This document shows positions 20,089 to 29,065 of a stretch of 64,000 nucleotides of DNA, in pieces. The notes under the pieces were generated by a model. It searched no databases, had not been told where the DNA came from, and saw only the letters and a list, made by a program, of their open reading frames with translations. Origin of the DNA: an uncultured Bacillota bacterium (GTDB taxonomy: Bacteria; Sysuimicrobiota; Sysuimicrobiia; Sysuimicrobiales; Segetimicrobiaceae); NCBI GenBank assembly GCA_963804645.1, contig CAWDRG010000020.1:13279-77278 (forward strand), in the 5' to 3' direction. Position 1 is the stretch's first letter, and every line of letters starts with the position of its first letter. The position numbers were made by a program, and so were the translations under genes.

Positions 20089-20198
20089 GCTACTGAACGA
20101 GTGACGCCGCGATTCCCCCATGTGCCCGAACGCTCGCGCGGCACGGTGTGAGCGACGATGCCGTCAGGACAGGCTGACCATTTCATCAGCGGAGGAGA

Positions 20199-20411
20199 AT
20201 GCTCTCGATGCGACGCGACCAGCGGCAGACCGGCAGCACGCGTACCGCCAAGCCAAGCAAGATGGACTCGGTGCATCCGCCAGCTTCGTCGGGCTTCAAG
20301 CCCGGGCCGTTTGCCCGAGACCGATACCTTCAAGAGATTAAGGCGCCAACCGGCAGGATGCTGCGCAGGTCCATGGGGGCGAATCTCAAGCCCGACGCCC
20401 GGAAGGCCTAG
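20199..20411 (+). CDS. Small basic hypothetical protein (70 aa)
   Basis: GGAGGAG RBS and an upstream promoter; no recognisable family. Confidence 0.4.
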   Translation: MLSMRRDQRQTGSTRTAKPSKMDSVHPPASSGFKPGPFARDRYLQEIKAPTGRMLRRSMGANLKPDARKA

Positions 20412-20635
20412 GCAACCGGCGCGCCCGGGATCCGAGCGGGCCTGCGCCGGGCCCGCCGGGGGGGCGCAGAGAGCCCGAGGGCGCGCGGCGGAAGCGGACC
20501 GTCATGGACGCGAGATGTGGTGGCCGTGCCGGCCTGACGCGAGAGTGCGTCCGGTCAGCACGGCCTTCTTCGTGAGCACCGGGCGTGTCTGCAGTGCGTC
20601 CGGCGAAGCCCCGTCTGGGGCGGAGAGGAGACGCC

Positions 20636-21022
20636 ATGCTGGATGAAGTGATTGGACGCATCACACGGTTGGAGGACCAGGCCACGGTGAGGAGAGTCTT
20701 CGGCGAGCCCATCCGCGAGCACGGCCGTACCATTATTCCGGTGGCCAAGGCGGCGTACGGGTTTGGTTTCGGAGGCGGGCGGACTGCGGCGCGAGAGCAG
20801 GAAGCAGCACCGACAGGCGAGCACGAGACCGGGACCGGCGGGGGCGGCGGTGGTGGCCTGCGAGTCTCTCCCGTGGCGCTCGTGGAGATGACGGAGACCG
20901 GCACGAAAGTCCGGCCGATCGTCGATGTGACCCGCCTGGTGCTGGCTGGGATCGGCTTGATCGCGTGGAACGTCTTTTGGATCACGCTCACCGTCAGGGT
21001 AGTTGCGAGGCACCGCCGGTAG
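20636..21022 (+). CDS. YtfJ/GerW family protein
   Basis: VFGEPI...TIIPVA...YGFGFGGG...GGGGGGG.VSPVA pattern; GAGGAG RBS. Confidence 0.85.
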   Translation: MLDEVIGRITRLEDQATVRRVFGEPIREHGRTIIPVAKAAYGFGFGGGRTAAREQEAAPTGEHETGTGGGGGGGLRVSPVALVEMTETGTKVRPIVDVTRLVLAGIGLIAWNVFWITLTVRVVARHRR

Positions 21023-21047
21023 CGCGGGACCGCTGGGGCGGCGCCGG

Positions 21048-21860
21048 TCAGGCGGCACCGTGTTGCGCGGGCGTCAGCGCGAGGTACAGGGTTCTCGCGT
21101 GCGGCCTTCGGACGCGTCTGCCCGGGCGTGTGTCGATGAGGCGCCGGACCTCGGCGTAAAATGCGGCGCGCGTCGCCGGATCCATGGCGCGATAGCCGGA
21201 GTGCGTGTTGAGGAAGTCGACGTACTCGTCGGCGGTGTACTCGGCGGCCCACGAGTAACGCCTGACATGCAGTTGCGCGAATAACCCGCTCTGCTCGATC
21301 TCGGCGGGTGGATCCGAGGCGGGGCGGGAGTGCGAGGGCGACCCTGCCTCGGCCGCGGCCCGCATCGTCCGGTAGCATTCCCTGATCTGCTGGAAGAACG
21401 GGTCGGACTGCTCTCCGTCGGCACGGCCTGAGCCGACGATGGCGAGCGCGCCGCCCGGCTTGAGCAGCGCCGCCGCTTTGGCGTAGCGGATGTCCGGATC
21501 GATCCAGTGCCACGACGACGCGGCGAACACCACGTCGAACGGAGCACGCCGGGGCTCCCACGTCTCGAACGCGGCGGTCACCACTTCGACGCGAGGAAAC
21601 GCCGCGAGGTTTCGGCGGGCGACCGCGGCGAGGCGGTGACCGAGCTCGATGCACAGGACGGAGTAGCCTCGACGGGCGAGCGGCAGGGTCGCCTTGCCCG
21701 GGCCGCAGCCGATCTCCAATACCGTTGAGTCCGGCCCGAGGCCGGCGAGCGCCCCGACATCGTCAAACAACGGCTCGGGGTAGCCGGGGCGGGCGCGGTC
21801 GTAGAGTTCCGCGTCTTCATCGAATGTGTGCCGCAGGACCTTACGCGCATCGTGCGCCAT
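21048..21860 (-). CDS. Class I SAM-dependent methyltransferase
   Basis: YDRARPGYP, VLEIGCGPGKAT, FDVVFAASSWHW and LKPGGAL. Confidence 0.9.
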   Translation of the reverse strand: MAHDARKVLRHTFDEDAELYDRARPGYPEPLFDDVGALAGLGPDSTVLEIGCGPGKATLPLARRGYSVLCIELGHRLAAVARRNLAAFPRVEVVTAAFETWEPRRAPFDVVFAASSWHWIDPDIRYAKAAALLKPGGALAIVGSGRADGEQSDPFFQQIRECYRTMRAAAEAGSPSHSRPASDPPAEIEQSGLFAQLHVRRYSWAAEYTADEYVDFLNTHSGYRAMDPATRAAFYAEVRRLIDTRPGRRVRRPHARTLYLALTPAQHGAA

Positions 21861-21947
21861 GACGACTCCTGTGGGGATGCGCTGGCGGCTGGGACCGGCT
21901 GCGGGTCCGCGGCGGCCGCATCACGCGGCGCCGCGCCGCGCGCGTCC

Positions 21948-22448
21948 TTACTTGAGACGATCTTGAATCTTCGCGAGCCCGGCGCGGGCGCAGGCTTCAT
22001 CGAGGTTGCCGCCCGGCGCGCCGGCGGCGCCGATCGCCCCGATCACTTCATTGCCGATCCGGATGACCACGCCTCCCTGGAACAGCAGCAGATGCGGCAG
22101 CTTTGCGGTCAGCGTGCCGATCGTCTGGGCCCGGTCGAGCAGCGCGCCGGTGTCGTTCTTGAACGTGACGCTCGTGTAGGCTTTGTCGTGCGCGCTGTCG
22201 AGCGTATGAATCCCGGCACCGTCGCCGCGCAGCAGCGCCTGCGTCACGCCGTCCGTGTCGACGACCACGGCGGTCTCCGCGTAGCCCTGCTGCGCGCAGG
22301 CTGCGACCGCGGCCCCGACCGCCTCGTTGGCCAGCTCGGCGTTCAGCCGGTGCACGGCCGTCTGGGCCGACACCCGCGGCGACGACGCACCTGCGCCGAT
22401 GAGAACGAGGGCGGCGACGGCCAGGCACATCGCGGCTCTTGCGTGCAT
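21948..22448 (-). CDS. Secreted GlcG/HbpS-family heme-binding protein
   Basis: Signal peptide; VVVDTDG, LRGDGAGIHT, KAYT and GAIGAAGAPGGNLDEACA. Confidence 0.88.
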   Translation of the reverse strand: MHARAAMCLAVAALVLIGAGASSPRVSAQTAVHRLNAELANEAVGAAVAACAQQGYAETAVVVDTDGVTQALLRGDGAGIHTLDSAHDKAYTSVTFKNDTGALLDRAQTIGTLTAKLPHLLLFQGGVVIRIGNEVIGAIGAAGAPGGNLDEACARAGLAKIQDRLK

Positions 22449-22660
22449 GATGGCGTCCTCCAGCAAGTGGGTTGACCCGAGTGCCGCCCGGGCCCGCATG
22501 TCATGCCATTCCACCACGACGGGTTCGGTCCTTCCGGCGGTCCCGGCGTACGTCGCCGGCGGGGCGCCGTCGCGGCGGCCGGACGGTGTGGCGTCATAGG
22601 AAAGCCGCGGGGTCGTTTGGAAGTATGCTCCGGGATGCCGTCGGACCAGGAGAGCCACGC

Positions 22661-24361
22661 GTGATCAACCGTGAGACCCCAGCGCTCGCGGCGCTGCAGC
22701 CCGAGGGAGCGCTGTCGGGTGCGGTCGCGGCGGGATGGGCCGCGCTGAATCGGGGAGAGTGGGAGCGCGCGCGGGACGAGTTTCAGACCGCGCTCGCCGC
22801 CGGGGATGACCCCGAGGCCTGGGAAGGGTTGGCCTGGGCCGCATGGTGGCTCCACGACGCGGCGGTGGCGATCGACGCCCGCGAGCGGTCGTACGCGCTC
22901 TACCGCGCGCGGAGCGACGCCCGCGGGGCCGCGCGCGGCGCGATGTGGCTCGCGCAGGATTACATGGAGTTTCGCAACGACGCGGCGGTCGCGAACGGCT
23001 GGATGCAGCGCGCCCACCGGCTGCTCGAGAAGCACCCGCCGTCTGCGGAACACGCCTGGCTGGCTGCCTGCGACGCGCATCTCGCGCTCATGGCGGAAAA
23101 GAACCCGGTGACCGCACGGCGGCTGGCCACCGAGGCGGTGAGCATCAGCGAGGCGCTCGGTATCATCGACGTGGAGATGCTCGGTCGCGCCCTTGAGGGA
23201 CTGGCGCTGGTCTGTCAGGGCCAGGTGCGCGAGGGGATGCGCATGCTGGACGAAGCCGCCGCCGCGGCCGTCGCGGGCGAGCTGGCGGATCTCCAGGCGA
23301 TCAGCTTGACCTGCTGCTACCTCATCTTCGCGTGCGAGCGGGTCCGCGACTACCCTCGCGCCGCGCAGTGGTGCGAGCGCGTCAAGGAATTCTGCCGCCG
23401 GTGGCGGTGCAGCTTCCTCTTCGCGGTCTGCCGGACTCAATACGCGGGCGTGCTGACGTGGCGTGGAGAGTGGGCGGACGCCGAAGCCGAACTCGCCGCG
23501 GCGACGCGCGAGATGAAGGAGATCAGCCCCACGCTCGTGCCCTCCGCGACCGCCCGGCTGGCGGAACTCAGGCGCCGCCAGGGGCGGTGGGACGAGGCCG
23601 CGGACCTGTTCCGGCAGGTGGAGACCTCGACCGTCGCGCTGCTCGGCCGCGCCGAGTTGGCCCTCGACCAACAGGAGCCGACGGCGGCGGTCGAGCTCGC
23701 CGAGCGGTACCTGCGGCGCTACTCCCCCGAGAGCCGCACCGAGCGCGCCCCCGGTCTCGAAGTGCTGTCGCGGGCGCTCGCCGCGTCCGGGGACATCGAA
23801 CGGGCGCGGGACATCCTCGCGGAACTCGAGGCGACGACCCGGGCCGTCGCCTCGGAGCCCCTCAGCGCGTTCGCGAGCTTCGCCAGGGGGGCCGTGGCCG
23901 TGAGCGCAGGCGACTATCCGCAGGCCCGGGTGGCGTTCGAAGACGCCGCGGACCTGTTCGCCCGCTGCGGCGCGCCCTTCGAGCACGGGCGCGCCCGCTT
24001 GGGGCTGGGCCGCGCCCTTGCCGGCCTTGCCCGTCCGGACGTGGCGGCGGAGGAGCTTCACAAGGCAGTCGCCGTGCTGCGGCAGCTCGGCGCGGTGCGG
24101 GAGGCCGAACGGGCCGAACTGCTGCTGCGCGAGATGGCTTCGCCCGCGGGAAGCGGGCCGGCCGCGATCGCGCAGCTGACCGCAAAGGAGCTCGAAGTGC
24201 TCCGGCTGGCCGCCCAGGGATTGACCGACAAGGAGATCGCCGCCCGGCTCGGCCGCAGCCAGCACACGATCCACCGGCACGTGGCCAACATCCTGACCAA
24301 GCTCGATCTCCCCTCCCGCACGGCCGCGGCGGCGTACGCCGTCCGCGAAAAACTGCTGTAG
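22661..24361 (+). CDS. LuxR-family transcriptional regulator with helical-repeat N-terminal region
   Basis: C-terminal LTAKELEVLRLAAQGLTDKEIAARLGRSQHTIHRHVANILTKL helix-turn-helix. Confidence 0.9.
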   Translation: MINRETPALAALQPEGALSGAVAAGWAALNRGEWERARDEFQTALAAGDDPEAWEGLAWAAWWLHDAAVAIDARERSYALYRARSDARGAARGAMWLAQDYMEFRNDAAVANGWMQRAHRLLEKHPPSAEHAWLAACDAHLALMAEKNPVTARRLATEAVSISEALGIIDVEMLGRALEGLALVCQGQVREGMRMLDEAAAAAVAGELADLQAISLTCCYLIFACERVRDYPRAAQWCERVKEFCRRWRCSFLFAVCRTQYAGVLTWRGEWADAEAELAAATREMKEISPTLVPSATARLAELRRRQGRWDEAADLFRQVETSTVALLGRAELALDQQEPTAAVELAERYLRRYSPESRTERAPGLEVLSRALAASGDIERARDILAELEATTRAVASEPLSAFASFARGAVAVSAGDYPQARVAFEDAADLFARCGAPFEHGRARLGLGRALAGLARPDVAAEELHKAVAVLRQLGAVREAERAELLLREMASPAGSGPAAIAQLTAKELEVLRLAAQGLTDKEIAARLGRSQHTIHRHVANILTKLDLPSRTAAAAYAVREKLL

Positions 24362-24393
24362 GCCGCGTCGGCGCTCCTCCCCTCGCCGAGTGC

Positions 24394-24473
24394 CTGGCCT
24401 GTTTCGGCCATGCGCCCGCGGGGCCTCATGGTGTGAAATCGCGAAGTCGCGCCGCCCCCGGCGCGCGTACACT
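24394..24473 (+). promoter_or_regulatory. Imperfect 19-nt direct repeat plus -10 (TACACT)
   Basis: CTGGCCTGTTTCGGCCATG (24394) and ATGGTGTGAAATCGCGAAG (24428); TACACT at 24468. Confidence 0.4.
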
Positions 24474-24535
24474 CACGCTGCAGGCCCGCAGGCCGCGTTG
24501 GTGCCCGGCCGGGTCGAGCTCGAACGGGAGGGACG

Positions 24536-24697
24536 ATGATGAAGAAGGTCGTGTGCCCGCCGTGTGGGACGGAGATCACCGCGTATACCGACGATGAGCT
24601 CGTGCTGAAAGTTCAGGATCACGCAAAGAGAGAACACGGCCACGATCTGACGCGCGAGCACATCCTCGCCGCCGCAAAGGAGGCAAAAGGGTCGTGA
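24536..24697 (+). CDS. DUF1059-like small metal-binding protein (53 aa)
   Basis: GGGAGG RBS; MMKKVVCPPCG...DDELV..VQDHAKREHG (CxxC + HxxxxH). Not in the ORF track. Confidence 0.82.
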   Translation: MMKKVVCPPCGTEITAYTDDELVLKVQDHAKREHGHDLTREHILAAAKEAKGS

Positions 24698-25500
24698 CGG
24701 CGATCCGGCAGGTCCAAGGGTCGGCGGCGGTCCAGGGGCCGCTCTGGAGCACTCGGGCGCACGACTGGGCCGAAGTCCAGGAGCGCATGTCGCGACCGCT
24801 GTACGAGGCCGTGCTGCGGCAGACCAGCGTCGGCGCCGGCACGTCGCTCCTCGACGTGGGGTGCGGCGCGGGACTGTTCTGCGAGCTCGCCGCCTCGCGA
24901 GGAGCCCGGGTCACAGGGATCGACGCCGCCGAGGAGTTCGTCGCGATCGCGCAGAGGCGGACCCCGGCCGGGGAGTTTCGGGTTGCCGAGATGGAGGCAC
25001 TGCCGCACGGCGCCCGGGCGTTTGATGTCGTGACGGGATTCAACTCGTTCCAGTTCGCGGTTTGTCCCGCCGCCGCGCTGGCGGAAGCGCGTCGCGTAGC
25101 GAGGCCGGGCGCACCGGTCGTCGTCGCCACCTGGGGAAATCCGGCGCACAGCGAGCTCGCCCAGTTCCTGATCGCGCTGCGTCCGCTGCTGCCTCCCGCC
25201 CCCCCGGATGCGCCGGGACCCTTTGCCCTCTCAGCGGAAGGGGCGCTCGATGCCTTCGCGAGGGAGGCGGGCCTGACGCCCCGCAGCGTGGACGAGGTGG
25301 AGTGTCCGTTCGAGTATCCGGACTTCGCTACCGCGGTGCGGGGACTACTCTCGGCCGGCCCTTCGGTCCGTGCGATTCAGGTTTCCGGGGAGGACCGAGT
25401 GCGCGACGTGACCGCGCGCGTCCTGGCGCCGTATCGTCTGTCCTCCGGCGGGTACCGGCTCGAGAACAGCCTTCGGTTCATGATCGCGACCGCGTCGTAG
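24694..25500 (+). CDS. Class I SAM-dependent methyltransferase
   Basis: LLDVGCGAG and FDVVTGFNSFQFA; GTGA overlap with the DUF1059 stop. Confidence 0.9.
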   Translation: MTAIRQVQGSAAVQGPLWSTRAHDWAEVQERMSRPLYEAVLRQTSVGAGTSLLDVGCGAGLFCELAASRGARVTGIDAAEEFVAIAQRRTPAGEFRVAEMEALPHGARAFDVVTGFNSFQFAVCPAAALAEARRVARPGAPVVVATWGNPAHSELAQFLIALRPLLPPAPPDAPGPFALSAEGALDAFAREAGLTPRSVDEVECPFEYPDFATAVRGLLSAGPSVRAIQVSGEDRVRDVTARVLAPYRLSSGGYRLENSLRFMIATAS

Positions 25501-26089
25501 TCCCAGGGGCCGCGCCGCCGAGCGTTTCGCGCCGGCGGCGCGGCTCCACGCGCGTCCCGCTCGGCGGGGTGGAGTTTTGGTGCCGCAAGAGTAACGTCGG
25601 CCACGGCCAGCGCCGCGAGGCCCAGCGTCACGTCCACGAGCCGATAGCCGCTCCCCCAGCTGCGCCGTCACGGGCACACTCGATCCCCCTGGCGTGACGC
25701 GCGGCAGGGACCGACGAAGCCTGCTCGGGGTTCATCGCCGCCATCCTGCTTCTTGGGCCTCAAACCACCGACGCGCCTCACGTTCCACTAACCACGCGTG
25801 CACTCGGCCGATCAGTCGCCGTAACATTGGTCCCCCCGTGGTATGCTCCGTTCTCACGCCGCCTTGGGGGGGGTGCGGTGTGGCTTGTGCTACGGGTGTT
25901 CTTCCAAGGGGAAGCGTACCGCTTTCCGAGAGGTGCCCACAATGGGACTTTCGGTTGCCCTTGTGACGAAAGTACTACTTGGGGGGAGTCGAACCTGTGA
26001 CCGCTGACGCTCCACCTGCTCGCAATCGCGCCGGAGTTGGTAATAATTACGTCGAGAGGCATCCTCGCCGCCAAGGAGGCTGGAGACGC

Positions 26090-26542
26090 ATGGCAGTAAG
26101 TGAGCGCGACGTCCGGATAAACGCCGTCCGCATTCTTCGGAGGGTGCGCATCAACTACCCGAGCCAAGCAGACGGCTCCGTGAGCCTGGTCACGCTGAAT
26201 GGCGGGGAAGTCGTCAGCGATCCCGTGTTTGCGACCTGGTTGGCGACGCACGTCCCGCAGCACGTGGTCGCCGTTGAGGACTCGACCACCGTCACCTGTC
26301 GCCATTGCGGCGGCCTCTGTGATCGCGTCGAGGACAAGGAACTGATCACCGTAGTGTTGCGAGACTCCAGCATCACGCTCGGCACGGCGGAAGACGCGGT
26401 CTCGACGCAATTTTATCGGTTCCGTGCGGGCGACGTGCTGTCTCACGTCGCGTTGATCGAAGGTGCGCGACAAGCCAGAATCCCGATCAGCATTGAGCGC
26501 GGCGTTCGGTGCCCGCATTGTCGAGGTGTTTTTACTAACTGA
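26090..26542 (+). CDS. Hypothetical protein with two CxxC motifs, apparently a tandem repeat
   Basis: AAGGAGG RBS; CRHC and CPHC each close a ~70-aa unit. Confidence 0.7.
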   Translation: MAVSERDVRINAVRILRRVRINYPSQADGSVSLVTLNGGEVVSDPVFATWLATHVPQHVVAVEDSTTVTCRHCGGLCDRVEDKELITVVLRDSSITLGTAEDAVSTQFYRFRAGDVLSHVALIEGARQARIPISIERGVRCPHCRGVFTN

Positions 26543-26561
26543 AGGAGGAGGCGAGACGATC

Positions 26562-26693
26562 ATGGCAGGGGTTGGCGGTGTGCCGTTGGGAGATTTTTCC
26601 AAGGCCGAATACGAAAAGATCAAACAAGCCCAACTGCGCCAACTGAGGGCGGACTATCGCGCCGATGCGCGGGGCGAGGGGCGGGAACGATAA
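26562..26693 (+). CDS. Small hypothetical protein (43 aa)
   Basis: AAGGAGGAGG RBS immediately after the upstream stop; MAGVGGVPLGDFSKAEYEKIKQAQL... Confidence 0.55.
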   Translation: MAGVGGVPLGDFSKAEYEKIKQAQLRQLRADYRADARGEGRER

Positions 26694-26759
26694 CATCCAC
26701 CAGCTGCGCCGTCACCAGTCCAACCGATCCTCCTGGCGGGACGCACGACACCTGTGAGA

Positions 26760-27236
26760 TCAGCGGCGCGGGCCCACAGCAAGGTGCCCTATCAATATCG
26801 ATGACTCGTTCACCTGGATATCGCCCAAAAAGTCGAGTCCGCCCGACGCGCTGACGACGGCGACCTTGCTAACCGGCGCCGACTCTCTTGTCGTGCCGGA
26901 CGCGGGCGTCACGCTCAACAATCTCACGCTATAACTCAGCGTCACGGAGGTCCCAGGCTTGAGAGTCTTGACACCGATTGCGGTTATTTGATAATTGGCC
27001 GGGCCCTCTACGCGAACCGAGAACGTTCCGTTCTCGCCTGTCGTGGCGCGTAGGATCTTGCCGCCCGGCTTTTTCGTGACAACAATATCGATACCCGCGA
27101 CAGTAGCCGTGCCCATCACGGTGGGTGAGGCGGCGGGAGTGGACGACGAGGGTGAATTGGCAAGCGCCAATGATGGTAACACTTGGGTCGCCAGGAAGGC
27201 GGCGACGACGAAAATCGGAAACAGACGGATAGTCAC
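26760..27236 (-). CDS. Secreted protein, carboxypeptidase-regulatory-like (prealbumin fold) domain
   Basis: Signal peptide ending ALA-NS; S/P linker; ATTGENGTFSV motif. Start uncertain. Confidence 0.65.
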   Translation of the reverse strand: MTIRLFPIFVVAAFLATQVLPSLALANSPSSSTPAASPTVMGTATVAGIDIVVTKKPGGKILRATTGENGTFSVRVEGPANYQITAIGVKTLKPGTSVTLSYSVRLLSVTPASGTTRESAPVSKVAVVSASGGLDFLGDIQVNESSILIGHLAVGPRR

Positions 27237-27534
27237 GAACCAGGATTTCAATGTTGACCCCCGAGCACGGCTCAGCCGAAATGTCTGTTGTGGCTCTTTC
27301 GCCTTACTCTCAAGCGTAGTCCTAATGAGCGCCTTGCGTTGGAGTATTTCCACCCGGTTTCATCCAACCAATGCCCGGCAGGCCCTAAAACACCTGTCTG
27401 CGCGGTGGTGCTACCGGAACACCCTCCGGGGAGCCGGGCCGTCTTCATCCACGCTGAGGCGGCCTGGTTCTTTTCTCATAATTCTGGCGGGACGTTGGAC
27501 GAACGACCAAATTCCCGGTCGGGCCTCCGAAGCC

Positions 27535-28011
27535 CTACGTCCCCTGGGGGCGCACGTGCATGCCGTGGCGCCGGGCCAGGTCGGTGAATTCGTCCGCCGT
27601 CATCGGCCGGCGCTCGGCGCCCGGAGGCGCGCTGATGCCCCGAAACATCTCTTCGAGGCCGGGCGGGGTGATGATCCACAGCAGATGCAGTATCCCGTCG
27701 CCCGCGTTCACGACGCCGTGCCAGACCCCCTCGGGGACGAATACCGTCGTGCCCTCGGCGGCGGGCACTCGCTGGTCTTCGAGGATCAGCGTAGCCTGGC
27801 CGGCGTGGACGAAGAGGATTTCATCCTGGCGCTCGTGCAGATGGACGGGGATCACGCTTCCGGGGCCGAGCCGCTGGTGGCCCATGGCCAGGCGCTGCGA
27901 CCCGGTGTTCTTCGGGTCGACCATGATCGTGACCGCCCCGCTCCGCGCGGGGGGACGAAGGTGCCGGACCTCACCGTCGTCCGGCCCGAACACGAACCAT
28001 GATGGTGTCAT
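27535..28011 (-). CDS. Cupin domain protein
   Basis: GGGAGGT RBS; PVHLHERQDE and FVPEGVWHGVVN. Confidence 0.88.
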   Translation of the reverse strand: MTPSWFVFGPDDGEVRHLRPPARSGAVTIMVDPKNTGSQRLAMGHQRLGPGSVIPVHLHERQDEILFVHAGQATLILEDQRVPAAEGTTVFVPEGVWHGVVNAGDGILHLLWIITPPGLEEMFRGISAPPGAERRPMTADEFTDLARRHGMHVRPQGT

Positions 28012-28074
28012 CGATGACCTCCCGCTGCGGCCGCGGGCCGCGATCTCGACGCCAACTGCAGAGGAGAAGAGCCC

Positions 28075-28389
28075 ATGCCGACGCACGCTCGGTATCTCTA
28101 CCTGGTCATGATGGATGTCGAGCCGGACAAGGAGGCCGAGTTCAACACAGTGTACGATACGGAACACATCCCGACCTTGCTCAAGGTGCCAGGCGTCCTG
28201 AGCGCGACCCGCGATCGGACGTCGGTGGCAGGAGTTCCGCGCTACGCGGCCCTCTACGAATTGACGGCCCCGGACGTGCCCGAGAGCGAGGCATTCCAGC
28301 GGGCCGCGGACAGCGGTGAGTGGCCGACGAAGATCAGGCCGCACACACGAAATCGCCGGCACATTCTGTACACGCGGATCGATCCGTAA
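28075..28389 (+). CDS. EthD-like dimeric alpha/beta barrel protein
   Basis: EAEFNTVYDTEHIPTLLKVPGV and YAALYEL; GAGGAG RBS. Confidence 0.8.
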   Translation: MPTHARYLYLVMMDVEPDKEAEFNTVYDTEHIPTLLKVPGVLSATRDRTSVAGVPRYAALYELTAPDVPESEAFQRAADSGEWPTKIRPHTRNRRHILYTRIDP

Positions 28390-28540
28390 CCGGCGCGGTG
28401 TCTGTTCGCGCCGCGGGCGCAGGACCGGCGGCGGCGCGGCAGGCGGCGACGTGGCGTCGGCGAACAGCAGCCCGCGAGGATCGCGCGCGCGGGTCCGTCG
28501 AAGCGCGTCCGTCTGAGCCGCGATGGAGGTGGTGACGACA

Positions 28541-29008
28541 GTGCCTGGTATGGGCCGAATCGAGAGTCGGCTGCACGACCTCGGGATCGTGCTCCCGGTG
28601 ATCCCCAAGCCGATCGCCAACTATGTCCCGGCGAAGCGCGTCGGCGGCGTAATCTACACCGCGGGACAAGTGTCCGCGTCCAAGGACCGCGAGTACAAGG
28701 GCAAACTTGGCGCGGATCTGACGGTCGAACAGGGGCAAGAGGCGGCCCGCGCCTGCGCGATCAACTGCCTGGCCGCGCTGCGCACGCTGCTGGATTCGCT
28801 CGACCGCGTCACACAGATCGTCCACGTCGGCGGGTTCATCAATAGTGCGCCGGAGTTTCAGGGGCAGGCGGCGGTCATGAACGGCGCGTCCGATCTCTTC
28901 GTGGAGGTGTTCGCCGACGCGGGCACCCACACGCGAACCGCCGTGGGCGTGGCGGGGCTGCCGCTGGGCTACGCGGCGTCGGTCTACGTGATCGCCGCGG
29001 TGGACTAG
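28541..29008 (+). CDS. RidA/YjgF family protein
   Basis: PIANYVP, AGQV, GKLG, VMNGASDL and HTRTAVGVAGLP. Confidence 0.9.
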   Translation: MPGMGRIESRLHDLGIVLPVIPKPIANYVPAKRVGGVIYTAGQVSASKDREYKGKLGADLTVEQGQEAARACAINCLAALRTLLDSLDRVTQIVHVGGFINSAPEFQGQAAVMNGASDLFVEVFADAGTHTRTAVGVAGLPLGYAASVYVIAAVD

Positions 29009-29065
29009 GCCGACGTGGGGCCGGGCGAGCCCGGGCCGCCACGCCGGCGTGCCGCAGCCGTCCGC

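Noticed and set aside
20370..20420. GGGGCGAATC resembling part of the c-di-AMP (ydaO) riboswitch near kdp genes
   Set aside because: The other conserved blocks (GCTGAA..., CCGTCAGCTAAC) are missing, and it lies downstream of the operon within a probable ORF.
25821..25847. GTAAC box upstream of a -10 as a fourth KdpE-type promoter
   Set aside because: Single box; the distance to the -10 (21 nt) fits neither box 3 nor box 4 of the kdp pattern.
25975..26030. tRNA-like GGTTCGACTCC on the minus strand
   Set aside because: The T-stem does not pair (ACAGG/CCCCC), there is no room for an anticodon arm and no acceptor stem. At most a remnant.
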